This document shows, one piece after another, positions 24,171 through 32,311 of a DNA stretch of 64,000 nucleotides (its first letter is position 1; every line of letters starts with the position of its first letter). The translations under genes were made by a program, and so were the position numbers. Where the stretch lies: positions 4,878 to 68,877 of the forward strand of contig JAZQIL010000183.1 of NCBI GenBank assembly GCA_045541055.1. Reading direction: 5' to 3'. This DNA is from Oscillospiraceae bacterium. GTDB taxonomy: Bacteria > Bacillota > Clostridia > Oscillospirales > Ruminococcaceae. The notes beneath the pieces are model-generated. The model worked only from the letters and a program-made list of their open reading frames with translations, ran no database searches and was not told the origin of the DNA.

Positions 24171-26018
24171 TTACTTATTCAGATTTGCTTCAATCTTGTC
24201 TAATACATCTCTGAGAGCCTGCGGAACACGACCGCCCTTTGCTGCAATGTCTTCATCATAATATCTGCGCATTTCAGCAATTTCTTTCTTCCAGAGGTCA
24301 GCATCTACATCAAGCAGCTTGTCCATGATTTCAGGTGTGACTTCATCTTCAATGCCTTCTGTGTTGATGTCGCCCTTCTTCGGCAGATAGCCAATAGCAG
24401 TTTCATCAGCGTCTACAGCATCTTCACATCTCTTGAGAATCCAGTCAAGTACTCTCATGTTGTCGCCAAAGCCCGGCCAGATAAAGTTGCCGTTTTCGTC
24501 CTGCTTAAACCAGTTTACATTGAAAATCTTCGGTGCTTTGTCGCCAAGCTTTTCGCCCATTTCCAGCCAGTGAGCCCAGTAATCGCCTACATTGTAGCCA
24601 ATGAACGGCTTCATAGCCATCGGGTCATGTCTTAAAACACCTACTGCACCTGTTGCTGCTGCTGTTGTTTCAGAAGATACAGCAGAACCCATGTAAGTAC
24701 CATGTGTCCAGTCAAAAGACTGATATACCAGTGGTGTGGTAGAAGCTCTTCTTCCGCCAAATACAATTGCAGAAATCGGCACACCATCAGGATTATTGAA
24801 TTCCGGTGACAGACAAGGACAATTTTCAGCCGGTGCTGTAAATCTGGAATTCGGATGTGCTAAAGTCTTTTTCTTACCGGTCTTTTCGTCAACTTCGTTT
24901 GTATATTCTACACCATTGACTTTTTTTCCAGTCCATTCAGTAGCGTTTACAGGCGGTTCTTTTGTCAGCTTTTCCCACCAAACTGTATTATCATCATTAT
25001 TTAATGCAACGTTTGTGAAAATAGCATTTTTCTTAGTTGCTGCTAAAGCGTTGAAATTAGACTTTTCATTTGTACCCGGTGCAACACCGAAGAAACCATT
25101 TTCAGGGTTAATCGCATACAGTCTGCCGTCTTTGCCCGGTTTCAGCCATGCAATGTCATCACCGACAGTAAATACTTTATAGCCCTTCTTTGTGTAAACT
25201 TCCGGCGGAATCAGCATAGCCAGATTGGTTTTACCGCAAGCAGACGGGAATGCTGCACAAACATACTTTGTATCGCCGTCAGGCTTCTGAACGCCTAAAA
25301 TTAACATATGTTCAGCCATCCAGCCTTCATTCTTGCCCTGGAAAGATGCAATTCTTAAAGCAAAGCACTTTTTGGAAAGAATAACATTTCCGCCGTACGC
25401 AGAATTGATAGACCAGATTGTATTATCTTCAGGGAACTGTACAATATAACGCTTTTCAGGGTCAACGTCAGCCTTGGAGTGCAGACCTCTTACGAAGTCA
25501 TTGGAATCGCCGAGCTTGTCAAAAGCAGCCTTGCCCATTCTGGTCATAATATTCATGTTCAGTACGACATAGATAGAATCTGTCAATTCAACACCGACTT
25601 TAGAAATCGGAGAAGTAACAGGACCCATGCTGTAAGGGATAACATACATTGTCTGACCCTTCATAGCACCATCATACATAGGTGTCAGCTTTGCATACAT
25701 TTCTTTGGGGTCCATCCAGTTATTTGTAGGACCAGCATCTTCTTTTGTTCTGGTGCAGATGAAAGTTCTGTCTTCTACACGAGCCACGTCATTGACAGCG
25801 GTTCTATGATACAGACAGCCGGGGAGTTTTTCCTCGTTTAAGTGCCACATTTTATTGGGGTCGCCGTCCGGAAGAGAAGTTACTTCCTTGATAAGTTCGT
25901 CAAGCTGTTCCTGAGAACCGTCAATCCAAACTACCTTGTCGGGTTTACACAGGTCAATGCATTCCTGTACCCAGTCGAGAACTTTCTGATTGGTGGTCAG
26001 TGCGCCTTCTAATGCCAT
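24171..26018 (-). CDS. pck: Phosphoenolpyruvate carboxykinase (GTP)
   Basis: FPSACGKTNLAML, GDDIAWLKPG and HPNSRFTAPA are typical of GTP-PEPCK. Start at the ATG at 26018 after AAGGAGG. Confidence 0.93.
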   Translation of the reverse strand: MALEGALTTNQKVLDWVQECIDLCKPDKVVWIDGSQEQLDELIKEVTSLPDGDPNKMWHLNEEKLPGCLYHRTAVNDVARVEDRTFICTRTKEDAGPTNNWMDPKEMYAKLTPMYDGAMKGQTMYVIPYSMGPVTSPISKVGVELTDSIYVVLNMNIMTRMGKAAFDKLGDSNDFVRGLHSKADVDPEKRYIVQFPEDNTIWSINSAYGGNVILSKKCFALRIASFQGKNEGWMAEHMLILGVQKPDGDTKYVCAAFPSACGKTNLAMLIPPEVYTKKGYKVFTVGDDIAWLKPGKDGRLYAINPENGFFGVAPGTNEKSNFNALAATKKNAIFTNVALNNDDNTVWWEKLTKEPPVNATEWTGKKVNGVEYTNEVDEKTGKKKTLAHPNSRFTAPAENCPCLSPEFNNPDGVPISAIVFGGRRASTTPLVYQSFDWTHGTYMGSAVSSETTAAATGAVGVLRHDPMAMKPFIGYNVGDYWAHWLEMGEKLGDKAPKIFNVNWFKQDENGNFIWPGFGDNMRVLDWILKRCEDAVDADETAIGYLPKKGDINTEGIEDEVTPEIMDKLLDVDADLWKKEIAEMRRYYDEDIAAKGGRVPQALRDVLDKIEANLNK

Positions 26019-26043
26019 AATAAAAAACCTCCTTAAAATATAT

Positions 26044-26060
26044 GTATTTCTGAGAAATAC
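26044..26060. promoter_or_regulatory. Perfect 8-1-8 inverted repeat in the pck leader (candidate operator)
   Basis: GTATTTCT-G-AGAAATAC lies between the predicted pck promoter and its RBS. Confidence 0.35.
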
Positions 26061-26084
26061 ACCTGTCAATTTTCTGACATATTT

Positions 26085-26113
26085 ATTTTAACATAAACCG
26101 AAAAATTTGTCAA
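26085..26113 (-). promoter_or_regulatory. Sigma-A-type promoter of pck
   Basis: On the minus strand, TTGACA (26113-26108), 17-nt spacer, TAAAAT (26090-26085). Confidence 0.55.
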
Positions 26114-26161
26114 TAGCCTGTTAGCCATTACACAAAAAATACACAAAAGTTTCCGGAACAC

Positions 26162-26190
26162 GAAAAAAAGAAAAGCCCTCCGGAGAGGAC
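26162..26190 (-). terminator. Intrinsic terminator after the 406-aa LRR-dockerin gene
   Basis: On the minus strand, GUCCUC-UCCG-GAGGGC hairpin followed by UUUUCUUUUUUU. Confidence 0.55.
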
Positions 26191-26199
26191 TTTTTTAGA

Positions 26200-27420
26200 T
26201 TAAGCATGAAAATCTGTAATTAGACCGACAATATATTTCAGGAGGGTGAGGGCTTCACTGGAATCGGGCTTGCCGTTGCCGTTAAAGTCGATAGCTTTCA
26301 AGCCGTTTTCTGAGAGGTTTTCTTTTCCCATGATGGCTTTATTGATGGTGATAACGTCCAAAATATCAATTTCTCCGTTGCCGTCAGCGTCACCCTGTTT
26401 GAGTTCTTCTGTTTTGGGTTCTGAGCCGATAAGGGCGAATTGATAGCCATATTTTTCGGCATAAGCCTGAGCAGTTGAGCCTTCATAGCCATAAAGTGTG
26501 CCAGTGAATTCACGTTTTTTTGTTTCATTATTCCATCTGTTTGAAAATGTATCTCCATCACCATGCTCATCAATATTACAATCTGGATTTTTTATTATAA
26601 TAGAATCCAAATTTTCACATGTTGAAAATGCACTATACCCAATTTTATTTACGCTTTCTGGAATAGTAATAGAGGTTAAACTAGAACAGTTATCGAATGC
26701 CATTGCTCCAATACTTGTCACATTATCTGGAATTATTATAGAAGTTAAATTAGAACACCCATTGAATGACTCATCTCCAATATTTATTACACTTTCAGGA
26801 ATTGTAATAGAAGTTAAGTTAGAACATCTGGCAAATGCACCAGCTTCAATGCTTATTACACTATTTGGAATAGTATATTCTTTTTCAGCTTTTTTGAGAG
26901 AATACCATACTAATGAAGTTTTATCTTTATTAAATAAAATGTCATCTTCAACAATATAAGCAGTATTATTTTCAGAAACTGTAATAGTTAAATTGGGACA
27001 GTTAGAAAACGCACATCTCCAAATACTTACCACACTATCTGGAATCGTTATAGAAGTCAATTCAGAACAAAATCTGAATGCACCACTTTTAATACCTATC
27101 ACACTATCTGGAATAACTACAGAAGTCAAATTTGAACAATACGCAAATGCATTATATCCGATATTTGTCACAGGAAAGCCATCAATTTCAGCTGGAATGA
27201 CTGCTTCTGTGATTTTCTTATCTGTCACACCAGAAATTTCTACATAATCTGCATATTTTTCATACTTCAGGTTTTCATATGTACCTTCTGTATATTCTAC
27301 ATCTTCTCCCTCTGCATTCGCTGAAATGACAGCACTTTCCTGCACCGGAAGCACCGGCACAACAGCCCCCATCATACATAAAGCCACTAACCCTGCACAA
27401 AATCTTTTGAGTTTCATCAT
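26200..27420 (-). CDS. Secreted BspA-type leucine-rich-repeat protein with a C-terminal dockerin (paralogue of 22492-24117)
   Basis: Signal peptide MMKLKRFCAGLVALCMMGAVVPVLP. Repeated IP.SV..I...AF..CS.LTSI.IP units. The dockerin GDADGNGEIDILDVITINKAIMGKENL...FNGNGKPDSSEALTLLKYIVGLI is almost identical to that of the 541-aa paralogue. Confidence 0.85.
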   Translation of the reverse strand: MMKLKRFCAGLVALCMMGAVVPVLPVQESAVISANAEGEDVEYTEGTYENLKYEKYADYVEISGVTDKKITEAVIPAEIDGFPVTNIGYNAFAYCSNLTSVVIPDSVIGIKSGAFRFCSELTSITIPDSVVSIWRCAFSNCPNLTITVSENNTAYIVEDDILFNKDKTSLVWYSLKKAEKEYTIPNSVISIEAGAFARCSNLTSITIPESVINIGDESFNGCSNLTSIIIPDNVTSIGAMAFDNCSSLTSITIPESVNKIGYSAFSTCENLDSIIIKNPDCNIDEHGDGDTFSNRWNNETKKREFTGTLYGYEGSTAQAYAEKYGYQFALIGSEPKTEELKQGDADGNGEIDILDVITINKAIMGKENLSENGLKAIDFNGNGKPDSSEALTLLKYIVGLITDFHA

Positions 27421-27543
27421 ACATTCTCCTTTTTCAACAAAGTTTCAACATTTCAAATGTTGAATGTTTAAAACCTATTATACTCAAAAAAAAAAAATAC
27501 AATACTTTCCGGAAAATTTCTCCTAAAAACCTATTTTTTCAAC

Positions 27544-27569
27544 AAAAAAGCCCTGCCGAAACAGAGCTT
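27544..27569 (-). terminator. Intrinsic terminator after the 255-aa-frame CAP-dockerin gene
   Basis: The sequence is nearly the same as the pck terminator (AAGCCCTGCCGAAACAGAGCTT), with a U-run on the minus strand. Confidence 0.5.
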
Positions 27570-27574
27570 TTTGT

Positions 27575-28294
27575 TTATTTTCTTAAATACGTTTCAATAT
27601 CTTCTTCTCCCCCTGCCCCTGCAAAAGCAGCATATCTTAAAATTCCTGCTGCATCAGAAGCATTCACAAAACTGTCATGATTCACATCTGCATAATATTT
27701 TTGCATTCGGTTCAGAATTTCTTCACTTCCTGCACCCTGACAGGCCGCATTCACCAGCACTAATGCCGCATCTTGTGCATTTGTGCTTATGTCCCTGTTG
27801 ATATTTCCGTAAGTATACAATGGCATTAAATCTTTCCCGTCTGTAAATATCTGCACCCAGTAAATACCATCTGTACCCTGTGCAACCCCTATTCCAATCG
27901 CTCCAAACGATTCGTGAAGAATGTTGTCACGATGATGTTCTGAATTCATCCAGCCATTTACAACTGCTTGCTCATTCTTAAAACCAGCAGCAATATTTTC
28001 GCCTACTTCCCAGTAAGTACCGCCTAAATCTGTCACTACTGTAAAACCTCTTCTGCCGTCCGGCCGTTCATGAGAAAAATTTTTTACAATTTCCTCCGCC
28101 CGAATCTGTGCAGCCTGATTCAGCAATTCCGATTCAGAAAGCGCATTCAAGCCGTATAAAGCCCTTTGTTCATTGACAAGCATCACAACTTCATCTTTTT
28201 GATTCTGATAAGAATCTTCTGCTTTTACAGGCATCACTGCCAAGCCTGAAAAAAGTACAGCAATCACTGCAATGGCAGCTTGCTTTTTTTTCAT
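27575..28294 (-). CDS. Secreted CAP/SCP-domain protein with a C-terminal dockerin-like module
   Basis: Signal peptide MKKKQAAIAVIAVLFSGLAVMPVKA. CAP-like motifs (VNEQRALYGLNAL, GENIAAGF, VNGWMNSEHHRDNIL, FGAIGIG). C-terminal paired segments: NAQDAALVLVNAACQGAG and DVNHDSFVNASDAAGILRYAAFAGAG. Start set at 28294 after AGGGGTGA. Confidence 0.75.
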   Translation of the reverse strand: MKKKQAAIAVIAVLFSGLAVMPVKAEDSYQNQKDEVVMLVNEQRALYGLNALSESELLNQAAQIRAEEIVKNFSHERPDGRRGFTVVTDLGGTYWEVGENIAAGFKNEQAVVNGWMNSEHHRDNILHESFGAIGIGVAQGTDGIYWVQIFTDGKDLMPLYTYGNINRDISTNAQDAALVLVNAACQGAGSEEILNRMQKYYADVNHDSFVNASDAAGILRYAAFAGAGGEEDIETYLRK

Positions 28295-28338
28295 AGTCAT
28301 CACCCCTGATAAATTACAAACCACAGCCAGCAAATATC

Positions 28339-29409
28339 TCAATATCCAAATGCATAATTTGGCGGATTTGTTTCTGTCTCTTTGGTTGTGTCGCCAGTGT
28401 CTGTTTCTTTTTCTTTCAAATATGCTTCTAATGTTCCGTTAAAAGCACCTGAACCATATTCAGCAGCATACTGTAAAACGATAGCTGCATCTTTGGAATT
28501 GACAACATTATCCTGATTCAAGTCAGCAAGATTTCTGATTTTATCCTGTTCTTCCCAGCTAATTTCATAAAGTGTTCCTGCACCGGCATGAGCGGCATAT
28601 ACAAGGATTCTAGCAGCATCTGAGGCATTTACATTACCGTTGCTGTCCACATCGCCCCAGTTTTTAGTTTGAACTGGTTCAGTTGTTTCTTCTGTCGTGG
28701 TTGTTGTTTCTTCTGTTGTGGAAGTCGTTGTAGTTGTAGTCGTTTCTGGTGTCGTGGAAGTCGTTGTAGTAGTTGTTGTTTCCGGTGTTGTGGAAGTCGT
28801 TGTAGTTGTGGTCGTTTCCTCTGTTGTAGTTGTTGTTTCTTCTGTTGTAGTTGTGGTTGTTTCCTCTGTAGTAGTTGTTGTTTCTTCCGGTGTAGTTTCT
28901 GTATATGTTGGTTCAACGTCCTCCCCTGTCGCATCTGCAAAAAGTAAAGCCGCATAATAAAGCCCATTTGAAGCCTTTGTCACACCAACCCCCATGAAAT
29001 TAAATCTCGCATTTATCATTTTGGATTTTTCGGTGGACTGCCCTGCTAAAAAATTATACATCTGGTCAATTGTAGAACACTGCCCCGCAATACTACAAGC
29101 TCCTGCTCCATAATTGATGCCATAATCTTTCATAATAGTCGCACCTATCTGACCATTCGGACGCTTGCTCGAAAATAATTGTAATGCTTCCTGCACTCTT
29201 GCATCTGCCGCTTCCTGCATCAGCGGTGTTGTCTGAAAAGGTGTTAAACCATTCTGTTGACGCAGCTCATTTATCAGTGAAAGCATCTGCTCTTCTTCTG
29301 ATTCATACGCTGCACTGACTGCTAACGGCTCATAAACTGGTGTCATGCTCATGCCAACACTGGAAAGCAATATCCCTGCTGAAAGTAATACAGCTAATTG
29401 TTTCTTCAT
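28339..29409 (-). CDS. Secreted CAP/SCP-domain protein with a Thr-rich linker and a C-terminal dockerin
   Basis: Signal peptide MKKQLAVLLSAGILLSSVG. CAP-like N-domain (LINELRQQNGLTPF..., FMGVGV), then an (E)TTTTT linker. Dockerin: GDVDSNGNVNASDAARILVYAAHAGAG ... DLNQDNVVNSKDAAIVLQYAAEYGSG. ATG at 29409 lies 10 nt after AGGAGG; a TTG two codons upstream is the ORF-track start. Confidence 0.78.
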   Translation of the reverse strand: MKKQLAVLLSAGILLSSVGMSMTPVYEPLAVSAAYESEEEQMLSLINELRQQNGLTPFQTTPLMQEAADARVQEALQLFSSKRPNGQIGATIMKDYGINYGAGACSIAGQCSTIDQMYNFLAGQSTEKSKMINARFNFMGVGVTKASNGLYYAALLFADATGEDVEPTYTETTPEETTTTTEETTTTTTEETTTTTEETTTTTTTSTTPETTTTTTTSTTPETTTTTTTSTTEETTTTTEETTEPVQTKNWGDVDSNGNVNASDAARILVYAAHAGAGTLYEISWEEQDKIRNLADLNQDNVVNSKDAAIVLQYAAEYGSGAFNGTLEAYLKEKETDTGDTTKETETNPPNYAFGY

Positions 29410-29550
29410 TTTCAAAAACCTCCTGTATATTTGAAATAATTACTAATTTTATCATAGCAGATATTTCCGGAAAACACAAGCATTTTTTCTGTTCAAAAAA
29501 AAAATCAGCTGTCTGCACAAATTGGCTTTTTAAAATTTTTGCATATCTTA

Positions 29551-29579
29551 CAAAAATCCCCTGCTGTTACACAGGGGAT
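29551..29579 (-). terminator. Intrinsic terminator after the 493-aa dockerin gene
   Basis: ATCCCCTG/CAGGGGAT hairpin with a U-run on the minus strand. Confidence 0.6.
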
Positions 29580-29600
29580 TTCAAGTTCAAATTATATATA

Positions 29601-31082
29601 TTATAATGTATCATTCACACCGACAATATATTTCAGTACTTCCAAAGAGTCTCCAGCATCCGGCGCACCGTTTTTATTCACATCCGCAGAACTGCATTGT
29701 GCTTCTGAAAGTGTTTCCTTGCCGAGGCAAGCTTTATTCAAAACGACTACATCTAAAATGTCTACATTTCCGTCTGTCATGACATCCCCAGGGGCAACTC
29801 CAAGACAGATAAAATAACCAATAGCACTGTGTACAGGGAAATCTTTCAGCTGTTCAGGCGTGACTTCTGCATAAATCTTTCCATTGATGATGTTTCTAAT
29901 TTCAATGCCGTTTTCTCTAAGGCGGTCAGGTTCTGCCTGTGTGAGTTCTTCTCTTAATACGTTGAAATATTTACTTTGTTCCTGCACAATCTGCTGAACC
30001 TGATTTCCAAGTTCTTTGCTGATAGGAGTTTGATTTCTGTCGGCTTCATAGAACATTTCCATAATTTGCGCATAAGTCTGACCGTCCATTTCATGTGAAT
30101 TCAAGAACTGTTCTCTTTCTTCCTGATAGGCTTCACTGTATTCTACATCAGGATACATCTGAATGACAACACCAATTTTCACTTCCGGAAATTCTTCCAT
30201 AATGCCGTTGACAAGTTCACTGCAATCAAATGTCCCAGCATTCGGCACATATTCAGCTGCAATGAAATCATCTATTAAACGTCCGTCATCTGTGATGTAA
30301 GTGCTGTAAGCTGTATTGTTAATAATGCCATATTTGCCCTCATAGTCTCTGAGGTCAGCTACACCCTGATTAAATGTATGTTTTGCTTCTTCCACAGGGT
30401 CATATATTAAAACTGGTGCAAGGGCAATTAAATAGCAAAAATGCGAATTCGCTGGGAAATTTTTAAGCTGTTCTGCTGTGATGTAAGCTTGCTTTTCATA
30501 TAGTCCGGGTTTGGATTCCAGCATTTCAAAGCCATTTTCTTTAAGGCGGTTTTCTTCCTCTGAAAGTTCTTCGCTGATAATATGATTGACATAATTTTTT
30601 GTTTCCTGAAGAACAAATCTTCTTTGAATGGACATTTCTTTATAATTGTCTTCAAATGCCTGTTCTCCTACAGAATTTCTGATTGCTTCTGCTTCCGCCA
30701 TAAATTCCGCATAAGTTTTCCCCTCAATGGTATGTTCCTGCTGGTAAGCGTCTGTTAATTTCTGACGTTCTTCATTGGAATAGTGATAACTTATCCGAAC
30801 AGAAAACTTTGCATCCGGATATAATTCCATAACCTTTTCCAGCAAAGGGGTGAGTTCATAAGTTCCGCCCTTTGCATCAGCGTTTGGAAATCCGCCGTCA
30901 CGACAAGTTTTCAAAGAAAAATATACTAAATTATCTTCCGTGACAGCATGAGATTCTTCCAGCGTGTAGCGATTGTTTACAAGATACTCTGTACTGCTTT
31001 CTGCATCTGCAAAAGTTTTCACATTTGGCATACTGCAAGTTATGAGTGCTAATGCACATAAAACAGAAATGATTTTTTTCAT
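29601..31082 (-). CDS. Secreted dockerin protein of unknown function with an internally duplicated ~190-aa module
   Basis: Signal peptide MKKIISVLCALALITCSMPNVKTFA; AAAGGAGG RBS before the ATG at 31082. Two related modules, for example ...EHTIEGKTYAEFM...RLKENGFEM...ITAEQLKNFP versus ...SHEMDGQTYAQIM...RLRENGIEI...VTPEQLKDFP. Dockerin: GDVMTDGNVDILDVVVLNKACLGKETL...VNKNGAPDAGDSLEVLKYIVGVNDTL. Confidence 0.8.
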   Translation of the reverse strand: MKKIISVLCALALITCSMPNVKTFADAESSTEYLVNNRYTLEESHAVTEDNLVYFSLKTCRDGGFPNADAKGGTYELTPLLEKVMELYPDAKFSVRISYHYSNEERQKLTDAYQQEHTIEGKTYAEFMAEAEAIRNSVGEQAFEDNYKEMSIQRRFVLQETKNYVNHIISEELSEEENRLKENGFEMLESKPGLYEKQAYITAEQLKNFPANSHFCYLIALAPVLIYDPVEEAKHTFNQGVADLRDYEGKYGIINNTAYSTYITDDGRLIDDFIAAEYVPNAGTFDCSELVNGIMEEFPEVKIGVVIQMYPDVEYSEAYQEEREQFLNSHEMDGQTYAQIMEMFYEADRNQTPISKELGNQVQQIVQEQSKYFNVLREELTQAEPDRLRENGIEIRNIINGKIYAEVTPEQLKDFPVHSAIGYFICLGVAPGDVMTDGNVDILDVVVLNKACLGKETLSEAQCSSADVNKNGAPDAGDSLEVLKYIVGVNDTL

Positions 31083-31167
31083 AATGATTCCTCCTTTAAA
31101 AGCGTTTAGAGTTGTTTTTCTGCTTCTACTCATAAAGACGGAATTTTATTGCATTTCTGACAGCTTT

Positions 31168-32142
31168 TTAAAAATTTTTTAAAAATTCTTCTGCCATTTT
31201 CTGTGCTTCTTCGTAAGAGTTTAACTGATAGCATTTTGAGCGGAAACTTGCAGCATTTTTCATTCCGGTCAAATACCATGAAGCATGTTTTCTTGCTTCT
31301 CGAATGGCTAACTGAGGGGGTTTCTGGCTATGGTCAATTATCATTTTAATATGTCTTAACATCAGATTCATACGTTCTTCTGGAGTTGGCGGTGTGTAAG
31401 GCTGATTTTCATAAAATGCTGTAATCTCTTTAAAAATCCAAGGATTTCCATAAGTTGCCCTGCCGATTGCTACTAAATCCACACCGGTTTGTTCGTACAT
31501 AGCCTGACAATCCTGTATATTTTTGACATCTCCGTTTCCAATGACTGGAATTTTCACAGCATGTTTCACTTGCTGAATCACGTTCCAATCTGCATGACCA
31601 GAATATAACTGCTGTCTTGTTCTGCCGTGAACTGTTAATAAAGATGCGCCTGCTGATTCGCATAACTGAGCGAATTCAACAGCGTTAATCTCTTCTTTAT
31701 CCCAGCCGATACGCATTTTGACTGTGACGGGAACACTGGATTCTTTCACAGCCGTCTGAATACAAATTTTCGCTAATTCCGGTGTTTTCATCAAAGCAGA
31801 CCCTGCGCCGGTATTGACGACTTTCGGGACGGGACAGCCCATATTTAAATCAATCCAGTCGGGCTGATATTCCTGCAACAAATTCACAGCCTTTGCAATA
31901 AATTCCGGTTCACTGCCGAATAATTGCAGTCCCATCGGTCTTTCTTCTGGTGTAATCCGGCAAAGTTCCGCACTGCCTTTGCTGTCGTAGCATAAGCCCT
32001 TAGCGGAAATCATTTCGCTGACGGTCATCACTGCGCCCATTTCAGCACAAAGCGTTCTGTAAGAAGTATCTGCTACTCCTGCCATTGGTGCAAGGCAAGC
32101 GGTCTGATTCAATTCAAAATTCAATAATTTTATTTTCTTCAT
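31168..32142 (-). CDS. dusB: tRNA-dihydrouridine synthase
   Basis: LAPMAGVADTSYR, IDLNMGCP, VTVKMRIGWD, LTVHGRTR and NGD motifs; 324 aa. Confidence 0.9.
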   Translation of the reverse strand: MKKIKLLNFELNQTACLAPMAGVADTSYRTLCAEMGAVMTVSEMISAKGLCYDSKGSAELCRITPEERPMGLQLFGSEPEFIAKAVNLLQEYQPDWIDLNMGCPVPKVVNTGAGSALMKTPELAKICIQTAVKESSVPVTVKMRIGWDKEEINAVEFAQLCESAGASLLTVHGRTRQQLYSGHADWNVIQQVKHAVKIPVIGNGDVKNIQDCQAMYEQTGVDLVAIGRATYGNPWIFKEITAFYENQPYTPPTPEERMNLMLRHIKMIIDHSQKPPQLAIREARKHASWYLTGMKNAASFRSKCYQLNSYEEAQKMAEEFLKNF

Positions 32143-32252
32143 GATGTAAATCTCCTGTTTTCAGTTATTTCTATTTTGACACAAAATTCAGGATTTGTCA
32201 AGCTTTTTGTAAAACTGGAATAAATTTGTTCACTTGTTCTAACAAAAAATCA

Positions 32253-32281
32253 TTGACAAATATTGTTCTTAGTGCTATAAT
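32253..32281 (+). promoter_or_regulatory. Consensus sigma-A promoter of the 256-aa dockerin gene
   Basis: TTGACA (32253-32258), 17-nt spacer, TATAAT (32276-32281). Confidence 0.6.
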
Positions 32282-32311
32282 ATAGAAAATATCAAAAAGG
32301 AGGGTATTGTT

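Noticed and set aside
28629-28967. Three overlapping ORFs in the Thr-rich linker region of the CAP-dockerin gene.
   Set aside because: These are alternate-frame or antisense artefacts of the (E)TTTTT-coding repeat.
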